DNA of 64,000 bases. Origin: Basidiobolus meristosporus CBS 931.73. Its lineage: Eukaryota; Fungi; Basidiobolomycota. The position numbers and the translations under genes are program-made. The stretch is taken from contig MCFE01000026.1 of the NCBI GenBank assembly GCA_002104905.1, positions 166,791-230,790 of the forward strand, read 5' to 3'. Shown here piece by piece: positions 54,937-63,711 of this stretch. The stretch's first letter is position 1. Each line of letters begins with the position of its first letter. Under the pieces are notes generated by a model that made no database searches, had not been told where the DNA came from, and saw only the letters and a list, made by a program, of their open reading frames with translations.

Positions 54937-55857
54937 AAAGTATACTTATGGACATAGCATCACATTCCTGCACCAACCATAGTTCTTCTTACTAATAAAT
55001 CGATGCCCCTATGCATTTATAGGCTTATTACTAACAAACAGCACCACTTGATATTTGGAATCAGCTAAAAGTAACTACAAGAAAGGTGATGTTCTTGCGA
55101 TTGATTAGTTTAGCACCCAGGGATATATTTATTACAACTTACTGGTAAACTTGGAAATGAATGGAAAGAGGTCTATTGGCCAATTCTTCAGAATAGTGGA
55201 AACATTGAGAGTTTGGATATTTTCAAAGTCGTCCAATAGTCTCTCCAAACTATACCTCCACAACGCATTTCAAAGGCTATTTCTATAGAAGTATTAGCGC
55301 TTCATTAATGTCGACGATATGCAAACAAGTTCATTGAGGGTTGTATCTCTGATATATTCCTCAAAACTACCAACCAAGGCACCTGTTGTTGCTCAGACGT
55401 TAGGGAAATAGCTGCAGCTTATGTGTAGCGTTTGCTGTTGAAGTTGGATGTAAACTCATTAAAGTTCCAATTAGGTCACTGAATGAGAATGCATGTGTAT
55501 GATATGACTAAGCAATTGAATGTATTGGGCCATAATATCCTATTAGATCTTGTACCTAATCCTGTCACTTTGAGTGTTAAAGTAGGATCCTTCTTTTGTC
55601 CAAGGACCTAGTCAATATAGCTGATTGCAAATCTAGTCATCATTGGACAAACATCCCCTCAACTTGCAGAGCTATCAGCTTTTAACAGTCCGTATAGAAA
55701 AAGGAATCCGGAGAATGTTGTAGTATGCTTGATTGGATCTTTCCCAAACTATGTCCATGTTGGGTATCAAGATGCTATACTCAACAATGAATTTGATTTT
55801 AGACTGTTTCAGGTCCTTGGAGGGCATATTACTTTACTTCAGCCAAACATCCAGCAC

Positions 55858-56135
55858 TTAGGGTTAGGGGGGAGACAATCACAAACAGGTGAAATCTTTA
55901 TTTCCTGTGAAACAAAGAAGCCAATGCTACTACTCTAGCTTTGATACCAGAGTATGGAGCTGAGGGGAACTGGTAGGTGAGTTAATAATTAGATATGATA
56001 GCTCTTTAGTGCTCAAGACACTGTTCAGTGGGAACAGGGGTAGCAAAAGGGGTCATAACAATTTGTCAACAACATTAATCAGTGAAACATGATATGGACT
56101 GATATTCATCATAAACAAAGTGTTGTGCACCAACA
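55858..56135 (-). mobile_element. 5'-truncated, decayed 3' fragment of the telomeric LINE
   Basis: TTAGGGTTAGGGGGG junction followed by a diverged copy of the element's last ~270 bp. Confidence 0.85.
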
Positions 56136-56362
56136 TTCAAAATTTAGCTAATTTGCTCCATTAGAAAATCTCATACCCTAACTGATTTTCCCTAACCCAA
56201 ACATAACTAGTTTCAGTTATGGTTTATATTAACTGAACTCAGAATCTATTTTTAGCTGGCACACCCAATCAATTTTCATCTGATCATTGTTGTAAGAGTC
56301 TTGGAGATATTGGAAGTGATTGGGAGAATAAGTAGATTATGTGGTTTTCACTTAATAATTTA

Positions 56363-57068
56363 TTAGGGGGGGGATGGTAATCACCAAAAGGTGAAATCTT
56401 TATTTAAATCATAAATAAAGAAGCCAAGTTTGAATTTGAATATTTCAGAAGCAGAAAGCCTACAAGATAAGGTTGGACTTTGCTGCTTCACAGATATCCT
56501 AAATATTAAAGTCCAGGGGAGAATGTAGCAAGACTGCTTGTTCACTGAAGTATTTCTTGACAAAGTTTGTCAGTTGGAGGGAAGGAGGGTTTTTCAACAA
56601 GCTGGTAAATCTTTGCAGAAGTTCTTTTTCCAAAGAGAATGGTACAAAGAGTGGAATGTCTAAATGATGCTTGAATAAGTGCTCTGAGAGCTCCCAATCC
56701 AGCATATTTTGGACTTCTTCTGTAAAATCTTCAACAATGTCCTTGTCAAGAATAACTTCCAGTAGATCCTGGGCAATGTACTGAATGTTAATATTTTTAG
56801 GCATATGAATACCTAGGTGTTTGAGGTATTTCTTTGTTCAGAAATTGGGAGATAGCCAGCATTTCTGAAAAATCATAGAGCCCAATTGGCAGTGGGAGGA
56901 GTATCAGGGCTAACAGGGAATCTTCTTCTGGCTTTAGGGTGCACTGGCTTAGGAGACTGTCTTGATGGAAGGGCAGCTGGCTTTGGATGAGCCAGAAGTG
57001 CTTAGGAGTAGGCTTGAGTTGGGGTAGCAGGAGTTGCTGGTGGCTGACAGTGCTCAAATTGACTGGAA
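56363..57068 (-). mobile_element. Diverged ORF1-only relative of the telomeric LINE (pseudogenised)
   Basis: TTAG8 junction and a variant 3' module. The translation aligns to the ORF1 C-terminal domain (LLEVILDKDI vs ILEVILDQNI) with two stops and one frameshift in the aligned part; no ORF2 sequence. Confidence 0.7.
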
Positions 57069-57340
57069 GGGGGGGGGAGACAGTCACCAACAGGTGAAAT
57101 CTTTATTTCAGTTGAAACAAAGAAGCTTGCGCTACTGTTGTAGCTTTGATACAAGAGTGTGTAGCTGAGGGGAACTTGTAGGTAAGTTTACAAGAAGTGA
57201 AGATAGTTCTTCAGTACTCAAGACACTGTTCAGGGGGAAGGGGGGTAGCAAGAGGGGTAAGAACAATTTGTCAACAACATTAATCAGGGAAACATGATAT
57301 GGATTGATATTCATCATAAAGGAAGTGTTGTGCACCAACA
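57069..57340 (-). mobile_element. 5'-truncated 3' fragment (~270 bp) of the telomeric LINE
   Basis: G9 junction, 3' module, end of ORF2 (…LHTLVSKLQQ*). Confidence 0.9.
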
Positions 57341-57395
57341 TTCAAAATTTAGCTAATTTGCTCCATTAGAAAATCTCATACCCTAACTGATTTTC

Positions 57396-58260
57396 TTAGG
57401 GGGGAGCCAGTCACCAACAGGTGAAATCTTTATTTCAGCAGAAACAAAGAAGCAAGCGCTACTGTTGTAGCTTTGATACAAGAGTGTGTAGCTGAGGGGA
57501 ATTTGTAGGTAAGTTAATAAGAAGTGATGATAGTTCTTCAGTGCTCAAGACACTGTTCAGTGGGAAGGGGGGTAGCAAGAGAGGTAAGAATGCCTTGTGA
57601 ACAACATTAATGAGGGGAATGTGATAAGGATTGATATTCATCATAAAGGGAGTGTGCTGCTGCAGATATTGCTGCCAAAGGTCTGTCAAGTACTTCAGGT
57701 AGGCCAGCTTGGGTTTTTCTGACTGCAGAATAAATTGAGCAAACTTCTTGACTTCAAGATCTCCAAGTATAGTTCTCCAGCAGGAGTCAGGTGTAGTGTG
57801 GTGTGTTCTCTTCCAGGTCTTGATCAGTGGGTTGTTGCAGTGGTGAGGTCTGAGATATAATCTGGTTCTAAGGTAGAGTAGTCTGATCTTGTAGGGCATA
57901 AACCCAAAAGCACCAAGAATAGCATGTCTGTAGGGGCATTCAGGCAAATGAGGCACCAAGGAGGTAATGTACCATACTGCAAACTTGTCAAGCTTAGTGC
58001 AGTCTCTAGAAGTAAGAGAGAGAAGTGGTAAGCCAAATTCCAGGACAGGGAAGACAAACTGCTTGAGTAGAAGGAGGCACCTGGGAGCTGAAGTTGTAGG
58101 AGGAGTAACAGCCAATAGCTTGTGGAGTGCCTGTCTTGCAAGGATAATTCTCTTCTTCAGGTGTGCTCCAGAGTCTAGTCCAGTAGGAAGGAAAGGAAAG
58201 CCAAGATATGTAACAGAAACCTGAGCAGGTAGAGTGGAGTTCTCCAAGATGATGGGAGAG
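57396..58260 (-). mobile_element. 5'-truncated copy (~865 bp) of the telomeric LINE
   Basis: TTAGGGGGG junction. Near-identical to 59373-60235, with an open ORF2 C-terminus. Confidence 0.95.
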
Positions 58261-58900
58261 GGTGTAGGTGTTATAGTAAGGGCTAGGAAAAGGTTAGAAG
58301 AGCAGGGGGTCTGGGGGCCGCAGTCCCCTAGAGAATAAAAAAGCAGGGGGTTTGGGGGATGCAATCCCCCATACTGCTCCCATACTCCTTAAATTCCCAT
58401 TGGATTACTTTTCTCTCATTCTTGGTTCTGGTCCCTTAGGGTTAGAATTCCTCCTCCTAACCCTTATCACCCTAACCATAAATATTTTTACCCTACAATT
58501 GGCACATTGTCTGCTCATATAGTGGGCATGTCTGGGCCAATATTTGTCTCCCTATACTGTCCATATGCTCTGTATAAGTCTTGATGACTATTTAATTAAT
58601 AAATTGTTACTTTTAATGTATATCTAATAATTAATGGGATTCATCCCAATCTGGCCACAATCCCATATTTTGATAAGCTTTGGGCACCATAAATTGCGCG
58701 GCCTTAATATGATAAAAAAATTCATGGCCAATACAAATTTTCTGTAACCCAATTGCTTTTACCAAATATAAGGTGTATCCCAAAGTTCAATATATATTAT
58801 GGCTATAATAGAAACTTTATTTGACACCATCACAACTACTACTTATGTTCTATGCGCACATGTATCCTGCGGGAATTGTAAAACTTAGCCATGTGGTACA

Positions 58901-59365
58901 AAAGTGCTTTTATTTTTCATCAGGATAGTCTTACATGAGTTCCTAACGCACTTTGAAAGTACGCAGTAGCCATACCCCAACAGGTTTTAAGGATGTCCAC
59001 TAGCCATGTCCACTTGTGTCTAGCGGGAGCCATCAATCATCAGCTGTGCAATACTGAAATGCTTTTTTTTTTCATCATGCTTGTTTTGTATGAATCCCTA
59101 ACACACTTTCATAGTGCGCGGTAACCATACCCCTACAGGTTTTAAGGATACCCACTTGCTACATTTACTTGTGTCTAGCAGGAGTCATCAATCATCAGCT
59201 GCGCGGTAATAAAGTGCTTTTATTTTTCATCATGATAGTTTTACATGAGTCCCTAACACACTTTTATAGTGCGCGGTAACCATACCCCAACAGGTTTTAA
59301 GGATACCCACTTGCTACATTTACTTGTGTCTAGCAGGTGTTATCAATCATCAGCTGCGCAGTAAT
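58901..59365. repeat. Subtelomeric tandem repeat, 155-bp unit x3
   Basis: Units start at 58901, 59056 and 59211 (AAAGTGCTTT...CAGGTTTTAAGGAT...CTTGTGTCTAGC...ATCAATCATCAGCTG..TAAT). Confidence 0.92.
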
Positions 59366-59433
59366 AGGGTTAGGGGGGGAGACAGTCACCAACAGGTGAA
59401 ATCTTTATTTCAGTTGAAACAAAGAAGCCAGCG

Positions 59434-62202
59434 CTACTGTTGTAGCTTTGATACAAGAGTGTGTAGCTGAGGGGAATTTGTAGGTAAGTTAATAAGAAGT
59501 GATGATAGTTCTTCAGTGCTCAAGACACTGTTCAGTGGGAAGGGGGGTAGCAAGAGAGGTAAGAATGACTTGTGAACAACATTAATGAGGGGAATGTGAT
59601 AAGGATTGATATTCATCATAAAGGGAGTGTGCTGCTGCAGATATTGCTGCCAAAGGTCTGTCAAGTACTTCAGGTAGGCCAGCTTGGGTTTTTCTGACTG
59701 CAGAATATAGTGAGCAAACTTCTTGACTTCAGGATCTCCAAGTATAGTTCTCCAGCAGGAGTCAGGTGTTGTGTGGTGTGTTCTCTTCCAGGCCTTAATC
59801 AGTGGGTTGTTGCAGTTGTGAAGTCTGAGGTATAATCTGGTTCTAAGGTAGAGAAGTCTGATCTTATAGGGCATAAACCCAAAAGCACCAAGAATAGCAT
59901 GTCTGTAGGGGCATTCAGGCAAATGAGGCACCAAGGAGGTAATGCACCATACTGCAAACTTGTCAAGCTTAGTGCAGTCTCTAGAAGTAAGAGAGAGAAG
60001 TGATAAGCCAAATTCCAGGACAGGGAAGACAAACTGCTTGAGTAGAAGGAGGCAGCTGGGAGCTGTAGTTGTAGGAGGAGTAACAGCCAGTAGCTTGTGG
60101 AGTGCCTGTCTTGCCAGGATAATTCTCTTCTTCAGGTGTGCTCCAGAGTCTAGTCCAGTAGGAAGGAAAGGAAAGCCAAGATATGTAGCAGAAACCTGAG
60201 CAGGTAGAGTGGAGTTCTCCAAGTTGATGGGAGAGCCCAAAGGTACTGTCTTTGCAATGGAAAGCTGGAGATTATTCTTCTGCAGATACTGGTGGATGGT
60301 CTGGGAGTCTTGTTGCACATTGGAGGAGGATATTCTGATGTCATCAGCAAAGAGAGTAACCAGGCAGTCAGCTGAGAGTCTTGGGAAATCATTCAGGAAG
60401 ATGGCAAACAGTATAGGACCAAGCACAGAGCCTTGAACCACTCCATTAGGAACTGAGAAAACAGCTGATTGCTCACTTGGGTGCAGAATTCTTGCTTGTG
60501 GATCCAGAAACAGAGATCTGACAAGGAGGGTGAGAGAGGTACTGGAGAAGCATTGCAACTTGGACCAAAGCAGATTTCTGTCAACTGAATCAAAGGCCTT
60601 AGTAATATCAAACAGAACAGAGGGATACTTGCACTGGAGAGAGTGATCTTGGCTAAGTATGACTGCATAATCCAAGGAGAGGCCTGGAACAAAGCCAAAC
60701 TGTGCAGGATGAAACTTGAGAGAGTCAGAGTAGAGCTCCTGAGCAAGCAGAAGCTCAAACACCTTTCTGCAGGTGGGCAGCAGAGATATTGGCCTGTAGG
60801 AGCTAGGATCCAGGTGCTTTCCTTTACCCTTGTACAGTGGCAGAACATTTGCAAAGGACCATTCCTCAGGAGTAGAAAGCTGGGCTGAGCATTGCTGAAA
60901 CAGTGGAAGCAGAAGTGCAGACATGGCCTTGGTACTAGTCTTCAGAAGCTCATAGGAGATTGTGTCCACACCTGGAGCAGTAGAGTTGGGAAGCCTCTTG
61001 AGCACATTATGGATTCTCCTTTGATCAAGTGCAAGTGGGATGGGCAGAGTCTTGAAGTCAGGATGAAAGCCAGGAGTTGAGTACTGCTTTGTAGAGAAGA
61101 AGATGTTAGCCAGCTGTTCTGTTGAAGGTAACTTCCTGGAAGAGGGCCTCATTGCCCTGTAGAGTCTTGATACTGTTCTTGTTATAGAGTTGGAAGATTG
61201 CAGAGGCAAGGAACTCATAATATGATCCCAGAGCTGAGTATGCAGAGTGTGGTGAATTGCCTTGGAGTGGTGTATTGCTGTCAGGAGGAGTTTCTCTGTT
61301 TTTGGGTTAGGGAAGCTCAGGTAGCTTTGTTGCAGGGCTGCAACAATGGATTCCCATTTTCTTGAGGTAACAGCAGTAGTCTTGCATGGCAGTGAGAGGG
61401 AGGCAGACACCAGAATAAGATGCTTCACAAAGAGCCAGGCAAAGTTGAGATCATCTGGCAGAGAAAGTAGCAAACTGGCAAGCTTCAAGTAGTTCCCAAA
61501 GTCTTTCTTCTGATTCTTGGTAGCTTTGTGGGTGAGCACAGTAAGTTTTGGCAGCTTCTTCTTCACAACTGGTTGCATAGAAAGGGACCAGGCTGGGTGG
61601 TCAGAGGCTCTCAAGGATCCTAGCTCAGCTCCAGAGAATTGCTTAACTTCATTCACAAAGTAGAGGGCAGCAGCAGAAGGGCAGATCCAGTCAACACATC
61701 TTTTCTCAGATTGAGCACCTAGTGCTAGCAGGTGGCTTTCTCTCAGGAAGTTCAGTAGGAATGTAGACCTTGGCTTCATTCTTGCAGTCAGAGTAGTCTT
61801 GTTCTCAGGATGGGGAATGTTGAGATCTCCAAGCAAGATAACAGGTGTTGATATAGATTGTTGGTATTGCTGAACCTTCTGGCATATAACTTGCACTTCC
61901 TGAAGGGCTAGACTTGGAGGCAGATAGCAGAGCACCAGACTGATAGTTGGCAACTGGAGAGCAGCACAGTAAGGGGAGTAAAGAGGAACACAGAGCTGAG
62001 GAGTATTGATGGTAGAAGAGATGAAGCAGATAGAGGAGGTATTCTTTGTTCTAGGAGTAGAAAAGCAATATAGATTAGTCAAAAGTATAGAGGGTAGCTG
62101 GACATCAATCAAACACAGGAGGGAAAATCTTGAAAGAAGTCTCTCTAGAGTTGGTCTTGATGGCTGTATGCTGTTGCAGTTAAGCAACAGAACTTCAGGT
62201 AG
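59434..62202 (-). CDS. LINE ORF2: AP-like endonuclease + reverse transcriptase (922 codons after the ORF1 stop)
   Basis: APE motifs LNCNS, CYLPP, LLGDLN, VDWI, SDH. RT motifs APGVD, SYRPISLL, QFGF, DITKAFDSV, GVVQGSVLGPILF, LFADD. No RNase H or C-terminal CCHC recognised. Confidence 0.95.
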   Translation of the reverse strand, partial: LPEVLLLNCNSIQPSRPTLERLLSRFSLLCLIDVQLPSILLTNLYCFSTPRTKNTSSICFISSTINTPQLCVPLYSPYCAALQLPTISLVLCYLPPSLALQEVQVICQKVQQYQQSISTPVILLGDLNIPHPENKTTLTARMKPRSTFLLNFLRESHLLALGAQSEKRCVDWICPSAAALYFVNEVKQFSGAELGSLRASDHPAWSLSMQPVVKKKLPKLTVLTHKATKNQKKDFGNYLKLASLLLSLPDDLNFAWLFVKHLILVSASLSLPCKTTAVTSRKWESIVAALQQSYLSFPNPKTEKLLLTAIHHSKAIHHTLHTQLWDHIMSSLPLQSSNSITRTVSRLYRAMRPSSRKLPSTEQLANIFFSTKQYSTPGFHPDFKTLPIPLALDQRRIHNVLKRLPNSTAPGVDTISYELLKTSTKAMSALLLPLFQQCSAQLSTPEEWSFANVLPLYKGKGKHLDPSSYRPISLLPTCRKVFELLLAQELYSDSLKFHPAQFGFVPGLSLDYAVILSQDHSLQCKYPSVLFDITKAFDSVDRNLLWSKLQCFSSTSLTLLVRSLFLDPQARILHPSEQSAVFSVPNGVVQGSVLGPILFAIFLNDFPRLSADCLVTLFADDIRISSSNVQQDSQTIHQYLQKNNLQLSIAKTVPLGSPINLENSTLPAQVSATYLGFPFLPTGLDSGAHLKKRIILARQALHKLLAVTPPTTTAPSCLLLLKQFVFPVLEFGLSLLSLTSRDCTKLDKFAVWCITSLVPHLPECPYRHAILGAFGFMPYKIRLLYLRTRLYLRLHNCNNPLIKAWKRTHHTTPDSCWRTILGDPEVKKFAHYILQSEKPKLAYLKYLTDLWQQYLQQHTPFMMNINPYHIPLINVVHKSFLPLLLPPFPLNSVLSTEELSSLLINLPTNSPQLHTLVSKLQQ

Positions 62203-63711
62203 TCAGGCAGAGGTTGTAGCTTCTTCAGAGGGAGCATTAACAATGTGACCTGCAGAGTCCCAGAGCTCTTCAAATGGTGCATCACTTAAGTCAGCAAGGA
62301 GGGAAATGGCATGGTTCTTGAGGAAGTATGCCACATCATAGGAGGGGGCTTGTCTCTTGATGGCAGCAAAGAAAGACAGAATGGCAACATGGGCTGGAGG
62401 CTTGTTGAACAGTAGAGAGTCAGAGGATTCAGATTCTTCAGGCACTATCTTGAAGTCAGTTTTCAGCCAGTTAAGGTTCTTCTCCACAAAGGCAACAAAT
62501 GGGTCAGCAATGTTTTGGTCTAGGATAACCTCCAGAATCTTCCCTTTTCTCCAGGCCAGGTTGACAATTCTTGAGAGCTGAATATTGCATGCCTTGAGTG
62601 CTTTCCTGATGTTGGAAATGGGGGTCCAGGGAACTTGCTTCAAGTACACCACAGTCCAGGTAGAAGCTGGTGGTAGGTTTGCTGGGGGCTTGTAAGTCCT
62701 TCTGTGTTGCAATGGAGCTGCAGTAGTCAGATTGGAGTCCACATTCTCAGTAGAAGGTTTTCTTGATGTGTCTTGCTGAATAGTACTGGAGCTGGATGTG
62801 CTGATAATTCTTGCCAGAACCTTGCCTGCATAAGTCTGAGGTATAGCTGAGGTGACTGCAGAGGTGGTGGCAGCTGGTGCAGGTGGAGAGGCAGAGACTG
62901 AAGCAGGAACTGAGGTCACCTGGGAGAAGGCTGTAGAAGCAGGTTTTCTGGGAGGAACAGAGTTCACTATCCAGTTGTTCTGTAAAACACTGGAGTAGCT
63001 TTTCTGTGGAACAGGATCTTGCTCTTGAACAGGAACAGAAGCAGGAGGCTGGGGCTGAGCAGTAGTGGTAAGGCAGTGGCACTCCAAGGAAGCTTTTTGC
63101 AAGGCATCTCTGGCAGTTTTCAGGGCAGTATTGGCTTCATTCTTGAGCTTCTTGCATTGGGCATCCAGTCTCTTGTTTTCAATAGCCAGGGCAGTATTGG
63201 CAGCCTCTAAATCAGCAATTCTCTTCTCAATTGCAAGGAATCTCTGAAGAAATGCATCAGTAGAAGTGCTGGCATCTGGGAGAGCAGTGGCAGGAATAGA
63301 GTCCATTGACAGTGGGCTTCTTGGAGGCAAGGAAAGTGGACTGGCAGATTCAGGCACAAAAGGAGATATCCTGGCAGGAGGAGAAGGAGTATCCAAGGCA
63401 GCAACAGGGGCAATTCTTGTTGGTGAAGCAGCAGCAGGGGAGGCAAGCCTGTTCAGAAACTGGGCAGGAGAGAGTGCTTGAGGAGAGGGAGTCTTCAGCT
63501 TGCCAAGCATGTCTTCCATCAGAGTGATACCAATATTCCTGGTGCATTTGCAGAGAAAAGTAAGCTTCCTGAGTCTGCCAGCTCTTCCATTCCTTCTGAT
63601 AGTTCCTTTGTTTCCACAGTTGGGGCAAGAAATCTTCTTGACAGACTTGTCAAAGCAATCAAGAACCTTCCTTTCAGGTGTAGTGGGCTCCTGTTGAGGT
63701 TTTGGTGGCAT
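62203..63711 (-). CDS. LINE ORF1 (502 aa): N-terminal Cys4 zinc ribbon, coiled coil, P/S/T linker, basic C-terminal domain
   Basis: First ATG at 63711. CPNC-x21-CKC; FLQRFLAIEKRIADLEAAN coiled coil; VVYLKQVPWTPISNIRKALKACNIQLSRIVNL domain. Confidence 0.85.
   Translation of the reverse strand: MPPKPQQEPTTPERKVLDCFDKSVKKISCPNCGNKGTIRRNGRAGRLRKLTFLCKCTRNIGITLMEDMLGKLKTPSPQALSPAQFLNRLASPAAASPTRIAPVAALDTPSPPARISPFVPESASPLSLPPRSPLSMDSIPATALPDASTSTDAFLQRFLAIEKRIADLEAANTALAIENKRLDAQCKKLKNEANTALKTARDALQKASLECHCLTTTAQPQPPASVPVQEQDPVPQKSYSSVLQNNWIVNSVPPRKPASTAFSQVTSVPASVSASPPAPAATTSAVTSAIPQTYAGKVLARIISTSSSSTIQQDTSRKPSTENVDSNLTTAAPLQHRRTYKPPANLPPASTWTVVYLKQVPWTPISNIRKALKACNIQLSRIVNLAWRKGKILEVILDQNIADPFVAFVEKNLNWLKTDFKIVPEESESSDSLLFNKPPAHVAILSFFAAIKRQAPSYDVAYFLKNHAISLLADLSDAPFEELWDSAGHIVNAPSEEATTSA

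Noticed and set aside
57459-58364. 301-aa ORF as an independent gene
   Set aside because: It is the ORF2 C-terminus of a truncated copy read in from flanking sequence, starting at a non-ATG codon.
58381-58900. Possible telomerase RNA gene around the CTAACCCT/CCCTAACC motifs
   Set aside because: Template-like words alone are insufficient. No pseudoknot or other TER element was recognisable, and telomeric relics are expected here.
58901-59365. 155-bp repeats, and the 34-36-bp repeats at 16.1-16.4 kb, as CRISPR-like arrays
   Set aside because: Contiguous tandem units with no unique spacers, eukaryotic context, and no cas genes.
61304-61312. GGGTTAGGG inside ORF2
   Set aside because: A single 9-mer encoding Pro-Asn-Pro in an open frame; not a junction.
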